Position numbers and translations under genes: made by a program
In this document: in pieces, positions 55,786-64,000 of the stretch
Numbering within the stretch: position 1 is the first letter of the stretch
Layout: the number at the start of each line of letters is the position of its first letter
The notes under the pieces: model-generated
What the model saw: the letters and a program-made list of their open reading frames with translations, nothing else
Told to the model about the DNA's origin: nothing
Database searches by the model: none
Assembly (NCBI GenBank): GCA_037139515.1
Contig: JBAXGH010000003.1
Span: 12,800-76,799, forward strand
Direction of reading: 5' to 3'
Length of the DNA stretch: 64,000 nt
DNA from: a bacterium
GTDB taxonomy: Bacteria > Patescibacteriota > Patescibacteriia > JBAXGH01

Positions 55786-56256
55786 TTAGTTATCAAAAGT
55801 AAACCCAAAGCCTCCCCCGCGAAGAAAAATAATGAATTCCTTTATCAACTCCACAGAGATTCCCCTGTTTGCCGAAACGAATCCACCTTCAGTCATTCCT
55901 TCGACGAGCAATATCGGCATTTTGGTTTTGGCCGAGCTTTCAATATCACCAGGCAATTCGATAAGCATTCGTTCCAGAGCATCAGCCCAGTTTTTGGCGT
56001 CGTCAGCAAAGATGCTCTTTGTATATTTATAGTCTATCGGATCGTAATCATTTTCATATCTGCCGACTCTCGCCCACTCATCCCACGAACTTCTCCCCGG
56101 AAGAGTTCCGGCTGATTTCCAACCATTCTCCCGCCCCAGCCTCAAAAGCTCGTTCCAGACATTATAGTGACAATCGAAACAACGCCTATGTGATTTTATC
56201 GGAGTCTCTCTTGGATTCTGAACAGTTTCATCCCACGTTTCTACGATAAATGCCAT
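55786..56256 (-). CDS. Hypothetical protein
   Basis: 156 aa, Trp-rich; the C-terminus is encoded partly by the repeat sequence. No family recognised. Confidence 0.35.
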   Translation of the reverse strand: MAFIVETWDETVQNPRETPIKSHRRCFDCHYNVWNELLRLGRENGWKSAGTLPGRSSWDEWARVGRYENDYDPIDYKYTKSIFADDAKNWADALERMLIELPGDIESSAKTKMPILLVEGMTEGGFVSANRGISVELIKEFIIFLRGGGFGFTFDN

Positions 56257-56660
56257 ATATTTGATTTTACGCGATTATTAAGACCAATGTTCTTCCACGG
56301 GAAGATGTTTAGCCGACCCGTTCGACGTTTGGAGGAACGCAAAAAGTGGCCAAGAGATTTGACCCGATGGCACATGAATGCCCCGGATGAAATCTCCCAA
56401 CCACTTAAGTGATCAGTCTCGGTCTCATTTATGGTTTCCAGCAGATTTCCCTGGTTGCCTACCCACGAGCCTGCGTTTATGGCGCAAAGCTGTGGGAATG
56501 AGTCGAGGTTCGCATGACTTTATGCGCGAACTACATCTCTTTTTTACTTCTTACTTGGAGAGTATACGGGGGAATTGGGGGCTTGGCAAATCATTTGCCA
56601 TAACATAATCATGAATTTGACAGATTCTTATCCGGCGACAATGCCTCGCATCCATAAATA

Positions 56661-57017
56661 TCAACGAGTGCGCCGATACGGCTTCAGTCCATCAATTTGT
56701 TGTTGAAGCCGAAGCTCGGTTTCAGCTTGACTTTTTCTTACCTGCGTCATTTCTTCGAAATACTTCGACCATGTATCGTTCACTTCATTAGTAGATCGCG
56801 TGTGAAAGAAGATAACCTCAACCGCAACTGTAACCAGGATTAGAAACGCTGCAAACAATACCGCGTAAACTACGTTTCGATTTTCGCCCTGTTGCTCTTT
56901 AATATCTACCCTAATGGCTGTAACTTCTATTGCGAGAGACTTAAGTGCTGCCTCGGTGAGAGGAATTGTCGGTGGTGTGTTTGAGGGCAAGTTCGGATCA
57001 GAGGTACTTGTAATCAT
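56661..57017 (-). CDS. Small single-TM protein, last gene of the defence operon
   Basis: 118 aa with one TM (VVYAVLFAAFLILVTVAVEVIFF). It overlaps the upstream gene by 4 bp (translational coupling). Confidence 0.45.
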   Translation of the reverse strand: MITSTSDPNLPSNTPPTIPLTEAALKSLAIEVTAIRVDIKEQQGENRNVVYAVLFAAFLILVTVAVEVIFFHTRSTNEVNDTWSKYFEEMTQVRKSQAETELRLQQQIDGLKPYRRTR

Positions 57018-57241
57018 ACGCCTGATTGATAAAAGCCTTTTATAACCAAAACGCTCCCCTGATCCTCTCCTGCGATATCAAGATTTTTATATTCCTGAAA
57101 ATTGACACCGCCGAGAGCAACGCCGGAGCCAAAAGAGACTCCGGGGCCGACTATAACCCCGTTCACATTAATCGCCCGTAGAGGCGTAAGCGTCCCATCA
57201 GGATTCTCCTTAAAAACAGAAAAGAATCTGTATCTCGTCAT
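57014..57241 (-). CDS. Small hypothetical protein, third gene of the defence operon
   Basis: 75 aa, Gly-rich (GPGVSFGSGVALGG). It overlaps the methyltransferase gene by 4 bp. Confidence 0.4.
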   Translation of the reverse strand: MTRYRFFSVFKENPDGTLTPLRAINVNGVIVGPGVSFGSGVALGGVNFQEYKNLDIAGEDQGSVLVIKGFYQSGV

Positions 57242-60200
57242 AAAGTTGTTTGCACTATACTCAAACGTCCGTTAGATTTTTCTAAATTAACACCCGTTTC
57301 TAATTCTGCGAGCTGATTCAGCGTGAGCCCGAGAGCACTTTTTAGTCCAAAGACAGCATCAAGCAATTGACATTCGATACTATTAAATTCCTCGCGTACT
57401 CTTAAATATGATTTGCCCTCTTCACCGTCAGATTCTCTCTTTAAGTGAAGAACGATCGACTCGCTCTCTTTGGTAATATTAACAATCTGACAATTATCCC
57501 TATCTAGAAAATCCGACGCACCCTTGAGCGTATGTGCGACGTCTCCAACACGAAACAATTCATTTATTTTCATAAAGTGTTTTTTATTCTCGATGATTTC
57601 TATTTCTGCAGGAGTAAAGCCGTAGAGTTCATAAACCATATGATCGATCTGATTTTCAAGGATATCAGTATCGGCTTTAGAATTGGATTGTTTCATAACT
57701 ATAATCTGGTCAACAATCAATTCAATCTGAGTGGAAATCTCTTTTTGTAGTGGTGAATCTATTATTGGAACCCGCACCTCTCGTAAGTGCCTAGGGTAAA
57801 AGTGCAAACCATTCGCAAACAGCTCTGCAAAATACCACGAGGACACCCTACAGTTTAAAACTCCGAGCATGTATCTAAGACTGTACTTTCTCGAATTTGA
57901 TATTTTTTCATCAGTAAATACGGATTTCAACTGACGATATTTCAATCCTCTTAGGATGTAATATGGAACGGCGTTTATGAGTGCGTCATTATTATAAAGC
58001 CCATTAGTATCCAACACCGCCTGTATTCCAGATCTGCCGACTATGTTTTTTACTATAATCTTTTCAGCCTCAAAAAGTTCTGGAAAAACAGGAGCTTTGT
58101 GCTTCTCTGGCTCGTAACTTAAGTACTTAATTTCATTTATTGAGTATCGATCGAAATATTTTCCCTCAATATACATCTTGAGCCCGGGCGAAAACTGATC
58201 CCTGATATATTCTTCTTTCTTTATCTGGTTCACAGTACTATGAAGTTCTGCACCTTTTGAAATATATAAAATATCGTCCATTACTATAGATAACGACTGA
58301 ATCTTCTTTAACAGCTTGATTTTATCTACAGACAGACTGATCTTAAAGTTTCTCTCTTCATTAAGCTTAAAGAATTTCGTATTTATTTGGGTCATTTTCA
58401 GTTCATCAAGTCTTGGAACATCCCCACTTTCATGAAAATAGATATTTAAGTCATAGTCATGCCGCTGTTGAATTTTTTGTATCAATGTAATTTGAGTATC
58501 AACCATTGCTGACTTGAAAACTCTATATGCAGAGAAATCGATTAGACTTATTATTTTATAGCCCAAAAAAATATTTCTAATTCCCTGGCCATATGATTGA
58601 GCCATCCATTTGTTGCTTGTTATATAAGACAGAACGCCTCCATCCTTAAGCAGATTGAGTCCGCGCTCATAAAAGATTATGTATAAATCATAATGTCCAT
58701 TCGCACTTAAATAGTTCTTCTCGAAATACTTTTTTAATAGGTCATCTATCTTCCAGATGCTTACATACGGCGGATTGCCGATTACAATATTAAAACCTTT
58801 CACACCAAACATGAACTCAGCGTCAAAAAACTGACACGAATTTTCACTATCAAATGGTAAATAGGTTTTCAACTGTTTAGTTTTTTCCGACGACCCGAAT
58901 AGACCTTCCTGCTGTTGTTGCAAAGACAAGAAGTCTGCTTTCAATCTTTTCTTTTTAGTAATGCTTTCCGTTTTAAAATATTCGTCTCGAATAGCCTGTA
59001 TCTCTTTAGCGAGATGAGTAGAATTATCACCAAGCATGACTGCGCTCTTTCCTGTTTGAAGAGGTAACAACGTATTCGCACACACGAACTTGAAATCCAA
59101 GTTCGGCAACGGTTCGATGCCCATGTTTTTTGCTTTTGGATTTAGTTCTTCATCAACTAAGATGGAAAGCCATGCTCGGAGGCGGGCAATATCTATTGCC
59201 ATCGGCTCGATGTCGACGCCGTAGAGGTTATTTTTTATAATCGCGAGCTTGGTTTTATAGACATCAAAGCGCGTTTCAAGGCGCTCATATATTGAAAGCA
59301 TGAGCTGCAACATACCCATCGGAAAGGCACCGGAACCGCAGGCGGGGTCGAGGATCTTCGCATCATCCAGCGCGTCAATCAGATATTTCTTATAGGGTGT
59401 AAGGTCTTCTCGATAATTACGGTTATCAAACTCGTGCTCTTTTTTGTCCAAAAGCAACTCAAGTATATGGGAGCGCTTATTATCATCCGGCAACTTCCCC
59501 TCCAAATACGCGCGCATGCTCTCGCGGCACATGTAGTCTACAATTTCACGCGGGGTGTAAAATGCACCTTTCGCCTTGCGCGCCTGCTCGCCAGCTTCAT
59601 CCGTCTGCTCGGCAAGTAAGTTCTCAAAAATGCGCCCTAACATCTCCGGATCGATGGCGACTTGCTGAAACGTACTCGTGCTTTCGTCTGTCGTAAAATT
59701 ATATTGATTGAGAGCCGCAAAAAAACGATCAAAATAATCTTTCGGAAAATTAATCTTCGTTTCACCGAAGTGATCCGTTGGGCGTGGCTCAAAAAGCCCG
59801 CCGTTCAGATATGGTGTCTCTGTATCCGTTGAGAACAAGTGTTTTGGTGTTTCAACTTTACCAAAAAGATCACGTTTGACGCCGGATTGGCGCTCACGAT
59901 CTTCTAATGGGGTATTTAAGACCTGAAAAAAAAGTTTTTCGAGTTTTGCGCGGTAGTATTCTGACGAGGCTATGCTTTCGGTCTCAAAATATTTATGAGC
60001 ATCAGCAATAATTCCCTTTCGCCGCAGGAACCAGCAGAAGATTAAACGACCAATAAGGCGGTTTGCAAAGAGCCGCGCATGTTTCTTATCAAAAATTTCT
60101 TTTGTCGACACATGCTCCACGAGCTCCGCGAAGAATCCAGCAATTTCCTGATAGAACTTTTTATTGAGCGGTTGCAGGTCAAAACTCTGCCAGATCATCC

Positions 60201-60765
60201 CGTGAACTTCAGCTTTTTTTGTAAAATCAAAAGGACCTTCCCATTTTGCGAGAATCTCTTGTTGGGTGACGGTTAACGCTCCGTGTAACTCGAGGGTACG
60301 GATTGCGTATTTGTTAGAAAGCACGAGAACGACACGATCTGCCTCTTTTGGAACGATAATGTCAACACCAATCGGCTCATGCGCAAAAAATGGTTCATCC
60401 TCAAAGTTTGGAGTCAATGCAACGACGGCTGAAATGATGCGTTTGGAGGTTTTTTGTACCCAATACAACTTAAAATCAAGATTTTTGCCATTCCCTTCAG
60501 CAACCTTGTAGCAGGCGCGACGATCACTAAACCCAGCCGCCTCCATAAACCAACCCGCATGATCACGGATCTTTCCCTTTGAATCATTAAAAGGCTTTGG
60601 AGAAGTATCTGCCGCAACACCAAAAAGACCCGAGATTGCATTCGTCACCTCAAGAGCATGAGCAAATGATGGCTCGGCAGACAACTTCAAGAGAGCCTCC
60701 TGAAGCAGTTTTAACTTTACTGGAATATTATTTGTTGTCCTTGGCATAATAGAGGATTCCCTCAA
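57238..60765 (-). CDS. Type IIG/PglX-like N6-adenine DNA methyltransferase (gamma class) with a large N-terminal helical region and a C-terminal target-recognition region
   Basis: MmeI/PglX-type helical linker blocks are present (LIGRLIFCWFLRRKGII, FFQVLNTP, YLNGGLFE). Methyltransferase motifs follow: GAFYTPREIVDYM, ILDPACGSGAF (motif I), NIVIGNPPY (motif IV), then about 450 aa of putative TRD. The N-terminal PD-(D/E)xK-like region appears degenerate (LDFKLYWVQK). Confidence 0.8.
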   Translation of the reverse strand: MRESSIMPRTTNNIPVKLKLLQEALLKLSAEPSFAHALEVTNAISGLFGVAADTSPKPFNDSKGKIRDHAGWFMEAAGFSDRRACYKVAEGNGKNLDFKLYWVQKTSKRIISAVVALTPNFEDEPFFAHEPIGVDIIVPKEADRVVLVLSNKYAIRTLELHGALTVTQQEILAKWEGPFDFTKKAEVHGMIWQSFDLQPLNKKFYQEIAGFFAELVEHVSTKEIFDKKHARLFANRLIGRLIFCWFLRRKGIIADAHKYFETESIASSEYYRAKLEKLFFQVLNTPLEDRERQSGVKRDLFGKVETPKHLFSTDTETPYLNGGLFEPRPTDHFGETKINFPKDYFDRFFAALNQYNFTTDESTSTFQQVAIDPEMLGRIFENLLAEQTDEAGEQARKAKGAFYTPREIVDYMCRESMRAYLEGKLPDDNKRSHILELLLDKKEHEFDNRNYREDLTPYKKYLIDALDDAKILDPACGSGAFPMGMLQLMLSIYERLETRFDVYKTKLAIIKNNLYGVDIEPMAIDIARLRAWLSILVDEELNPKAKNMGIEPLPNLDFKFVCANTLLPLQTGKSAVMLGDNSTHLAKEIQAIRDEYFKTESITKKKRLKADFLSLQQQQEGLFGSSEKTKQLKTYLPFDSENSCQFFDAEFMFGVKGFNIVIGNPPYVSIWKIDDLLKKYFEKNYLSANGHYDLYIIFYERGLNLLKDGGVLSYITSNKWMAQSYGQGIRNIFLGYKIISLIDFSAYRVFKSAMVDTQITLIQKIQQRHDYDLNIYFHESGDVPRLDELKMTQINTKFFKLNEERNFKISLSVDKIKLLKKIQSLSIVMDDILYISKGAELHSTVNQIKKEEYIRDQFSPGLKMYIEGKYFDRYSINEIKYLSYEPEKHKAPVFPELFEAEKIIVKNIVGRSGIQAVLDTNGLYNNDALINAVPYYILRGLKYRQLKSVFTDEKISNSRKYSLRYMLGVLNCRVSSWYFAELFANGLHFYPRHLREVRVPIIDSPLQKEISTQIELIVDQIIVMKQSNSKADTDILENQIDHMVYELYGFTPAEIEIIENKKHFMKINELFRVGDVAHTLKGASDFLDRDNCQIVNITKESESIVLHLKRESDGEEGKSYLRVREEFNSIECQLLDAVFGLKSALGLTLNQLAELETGVNLEKSNGRLSIVQTTL

Positions 60766-63700
60766 CAGTATCAGGAGTCATGACCGGTCGAATCTCGGAA
60801 TTCGTGAGTTTAGCTAGAACGATGATCTCCTTCAGTTTCTCATGGTAGGGCATATTTTCTCGGCGTGCCTTTATAATGTCTCTTGTGAGTTTCCGCATCT
60901 TACCATCATCAATCACATTTCGAGTACCGAAGCCAGCCTGCACCGACTGGATATCTTCGGCGGAATATTGTAACTCATACAACGTGCGTAGAATTTCTGT
61001 TTGCTGGCCAACTGGAGCGCCCGGCTCATCTTCGTCGTGGTACGCACCAATATTCCTCGCAGTAATCTCAGCGATCCGGGCACGGTCTATGGAAATCTGG
61101 TCTTTATCATGAGAGCCGTCTTCCGAAGTCGCTCTAATCCATTCCAGCGCTTGCAACGCCGTCACCGCCGCAAACCGCTCACCAGTTTTTTCCATCTGGG
61201 CAAATTGCATGCCGATTGGATTACCCCGATCAAGCAGTCGCGCGCAAGCGAGCACATCCGGACGATCACTTCCGATGTGTTTCCGGCTCGGCAAAACTCC
61301 CCACTTTCCCCTTGGAAGATTATAGATATGTTGCTTATACCCTTCTGAATTTTCTGGATTCTTATCGAACTTCTTAAGGTCGAAAATGTATTCATCTTCA
61401 GAAAGTAAAAAGTCCGCGCTCGATTCCAGCTTCGTGAATGCAGCTTTTCGAACCTCGGAATCTTCGCTATATACATCCTCGAGACTATCCGTGTACTCAA
61501 TCGGGTTTGGTAATTCGGTAAGTACCGATTGATCCGTGCCGATCGTGAATCGGATCAATTCAATCTTGCTCTGCAAGCGGCCAACAAGCCGCAAATAGCC
61601 TTCGAGCTTTTCTTCTGGACTCATGTTGTACACATAGACCGTGCTATGCGTCGAACCAAGACGATTCACACGACCATTGCGTTGAATCATACGCACTGGA
61701 TTCCAATGAAGGTCGTAGTTCACGATCACACCGCAATCCTGCAAATTTTGACCTTCAGAGAGCACGTCCGTGGAAAAAAGATACTGAAGTTCGTGTTCGC
61801 CCGTACCGATTGTGTGATTTTTAGAATTCGGGGAAAAACGCGCCGCGAGGTCATCTGCACTCTCGCGGTTTTTAGAGGAAACGAAAGCGGAGTTCTCTTT
61901 AGTGATAAGTTTGGTGAATTCGGGCAAGTTCTTTTCAAGATATTTGATGGTATCCGCAAAGTACGAGAACACCAAAACCTTGCCTCCCGCAACATTTTCT
62001 TTCCGTAATTTTTCAAGCAACTCTATGAACGAACGAAGCTTAGTATCGTCGGCTTCTACGATAGCGAGCTGCCGCAGAAGATGCTTAATGATCAAGCGCT
62101 CCTTCCCCATGTCCGCACCAAGCTCTTGGGCTGCATAGTTATTAGCGCCGATTGTATCAAGAATCAATTTATCATCCGCCTCCACAGCATCATCGTGTTC
62201 AATATCTTCATCTTCTTCGGCCAACATCTGTTCGAGTGCGTCCATGTCCTTTAAGCTCACAATTTTATCCTTTGCTACGCCGGCCTGAAACATATCTAAC
62301 TTACGATCGTATGCCTCAAGTGATGTTCGGAAGGCGAAAATAGAAGATTCCATTCGCTTCAAAAATATGGTACGCAAAATTCCGTACATTCCCATCTGGA
62401 GCTGTAAATCACGCCCCTCCTCCGAACCGAGCTTCAGCGCCTTGATCTGCTCAGGCGTTTTACCGTAAAACTTTGTCTGATAGATTCTCCATCGATATGG
62501 AATAAATCCCAACATGAGCACCATCTGATAAATAAAATACATTGGCGATTCACTCGCAAGTTCCTCGGTGCTTTTGAACTCCTTTACATTATCGAGCTGA
62601 TCAAGTGGATGTAGTAGACTTTTGCAGTCGTTAAAAATCGCCTCAGGGGTTGCTGCATATATCTTTTCCAGAGGAAGGAAACCGGATTCCAGTGCGAGAA
62701 TCTTTTTTCGAGCATCGGGATGAAAATCGTATTTTTGGTTTTCGGGCACAGAAGCTGGAAAACTCATCTTCTTTCCGTCGAGCGTGAGAAAACCATATTC
62801 TTTCTCAATGCCTTGGCGAGTACGTCGAACGACAAAATGGCGGATGATGGGCATCATCGTCTGTCGAACATAGTCATAATCGATTGTTCCGCCCCTCGTG
62901 ACATCCTGACGAATCTTTTTTTCAAGATTTTGGATCGCTTGGTAAAAGCTCACCATGCTCGTTTGCTTAGTTTTATGATCCACAAGCGGAATTTTGAAAA
63001 CATCCTGGTCGCCACGCGCTCCCAAGAGAATCTGATTTGTGATATCGCTTAATTGATTGTTGATTGGGGTCGCCGTAAGCAGTAAAACGTGCGCCTTTGG
63101 ATTTTGTCGCATCCATGCAAGAAGCTGTTCGTATCGCTGGCCAGAAGTACGTCGCAGGTTGTGCGATTCATCAATAACGAAAAGTGAGACGCTCGCGATA
63201 CGGTCGAGTTTCTGCGCCTCTTCAATCGCTCCCTTATTCTGAAAAACCCGAGGTTCAAAGTTCATCACGCCCTGCGTGAGCAGCTCTTGCGTCCATTGTT
63301 TTTTGAGCGATTTTGGACAAATAACTTCCACGCGCATTTTTCCCTCGCTTCCATCAAGGTACTGCTTCATCACTTCGATCGCAGTATAGGTTTTTCCTAA
63401 ACCAACTGAGTCAGACAGCATTGCAACTCTGTGCTTGTTGATGCGCCGCAAGAGCGCCTGTACGTTCTTTTTTTGAAAATCCATCAACTCATGCGCTCCA
63501 CGAATCGTAGATTGAACCGCTTCATCCTCCAACTCCTCATGATAAATCTCAAAAAGGGTCTTTATGTACATCTCGTATGGACTAAAAAGCTCATCACCAA
63601 TTGGAGATTCGCCAAGAATCTCTACAAATTTTCCGTCCCAATGTTCAGTTGTTTCGTCATTCCAAAGCTCATCAAACCAAAATAGATGTCCGACTTCCTG

Positions 63701-64000
63701 CGACTCAGTTAGTGGCCTTGAAAGGACGACTCGAAGATCGGATTCCAACGCATTAAGCTCAGTATTTTGCGTCAGTCCATTTTTTGTAAAGTTCGACGAA
63801 CCAATTATGCCCACCGCTTGATCAGACTGGTAGCCACCAAAAATATAACACTTGGCGTGAAGGAACGCTTTCCGATACACCCGAACTTCGAGCTGACCAG
63901 AGTCAATCATTTCCTTAATCCTCACTACCGTTTCTTTCAATTCGGGACGAGGACCGATTCTTTCAAGGTCATGGAAAAAGTCTTGATCGGGGTAATCAAC
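60728..64000 (-). CDS. Phospholipase-D (HKD) nuclease domain fused to an SNF2-family helicase; N-terminus extends beyond the window end
   Basis: HKD motif HAKCYIFGG...GSSNFTKNGLTQNTELN. SNF2 motifs: I DSVGLGKT, II VIDESHNLR, III LLLTATPINN, V/VI FSTDVLSEGQNLQ ... QRNGRVNRLGS. The frame is open upstream of the ATG at 63940 right to position 64000, so the gene is partial. Confidence 0.8.
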   Translation of the reverse strand, partial: VDYPDQDFFHDLERIGPRPELKETVVRIKEMIDSGQLEVRVYRKAFLHAKCYIFGGYQSDQAVGIIGSSNFTKNGLTQNTELNALESDLRVVLSRPLTESQEVGHLFWFDELWNDETTEHWDGKFVEILGESPIGDELFSPYEMYIKTLFEIYHEELEDEAVQSTIRGAHELMDFQKKNVQALLRRINKHRVAMLSDSVGLGKTYTAIEVMKQYLDGSEGKMRVEVICPKSLKKQWTQELLTQGVMNFEPRVFQNKGAIEEAQKLDRIASVSLFVIDESHNLRRTSGQRYEQLLAWMRQNPKAHVLLLTATPINNQLSDITNQILLGARGDQDVFKIPLVDHKTKQTSMVSFYQAIQNLEKKIRQDVTRGGTIDYDYVRQTMMPIIRHFVVRRTRQGIEKEYGFLTLDGKKMSFPASVPENQKYDFHPDARKKILALESGFLPLEKIYAATPEAIFNDCKSLLHPLDQLDNVKEFKSTEELASESPMYFIYQMVLMLGFIPYRWRIYQTKFYGKTPEQIKALKLGSEEGRDLQLQMGMYGILRTIFLKRMESSIFAFRTSLEAYDRKLDMFQAGVAKDKIVSLKDMDALEQMLAEEDEDIEHDDAVEADDKLILDTIGANNYAAQELGADMGKERLIIKHLLRQLAIVEADDTKLRSFIELLEKLRKENVAGGKVLVFSYFADTIKYLEKNLPEFTKLITKENSAFVSSKNRESADDLAARFSPNSKNHTIGTGEHELQYLFSTDVLSEGQNLQDCGVIVNYDLHWNPVRMIQRNGRVNRLGSTHSTVYVYNMSPEEKLEGYLRLVGRLQSKIELIRFTIGTDQSVLTELPNPIEYTDSLEDVYSEDSEVRKAAFTKLESSADFLLSEDEYIFDLKKFDKNPENSEGYKQHIYNLPRGKWGVLPSRKHIGSDRPDVLACARLLDRGNPIGMQFAQMEKTGERFAAVTALQALEWIRATSEDGSHDKDQISIDRARIAEITARNIGAYHDEDEPGAPVGQQTEILRTLYELQYSAEDIQSVQAGFGTRNVIDDGKMRKLTRDIIKARRENMPYHEKLKEIIVLAKLTNSEIRPVMTPDTVEGILYYAKDNK

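Noticed and set aside
56378-56608. 76-aa plus-strand ORF in the long intergenic gap, and a search there for tmRNA/RNase P/tRNA
   Set aside because: The ORF product is low-complexity and has no Shine-Dalgarno. No tRNA T-arm (GTTCGA.TC) or tmRNA/RNase P hallmark sequences were visible on either strand.

Overview
This 64-kb window looks like a compact, low-GC (about 45%) bacterial genome with small intergenic gaps and a few compositionally foreign patches. Several features suggest a CPR/Patescibacteria-like lineage: short RpoA and AlaRS, a PriA homolog with dead ATPase motifs, T4CP-like ATPases, and co-directional operons with 4-bp overlaps. About the first 43 kb is mostly housekeeping. It carries an MFS transporter, gltX, a CIRCE-controlled clpB, a priA-like/def/fmt block, a polysaccharide-biosynthesis cluster, zwf, a ribosomal-protein/rpoA/infA operon, alaS, mnmA, secDF, glmS, xth and msrAB. 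Embedded in it is an unusual three-gene module: a membrane protein plus two tandem VirD4/TraG-like ATPases that lack transmembrane segments. The last ~20 kb is accessory. It holds a SUFU-like protein, peptidases, a GC-rich ~6-kb island with a radical SAM enzyme, a histidine phosphatase and orphan genes, and a Bro-N/DinD-like gene. It also holds a 2.3-kb Fic/DUF2132 cassette bracketed by tandem ~22-bp repeat arrays that end in identical 23-bp direct repeats. Finally there is a translationally coupled defence operon: an HKD(PLD)-SNF2 helicase fusion, a type IIG/PglX-like N6-adenine methyltransferase and two small proteins. Recurrent GC-rich palindromes with a shared TGCGCCCC loop sit 3' of several genes, and a dispersed ~28-bp repeat occurs three times. 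All calls rest on motif recognition and the ORF track; no database searches were run.
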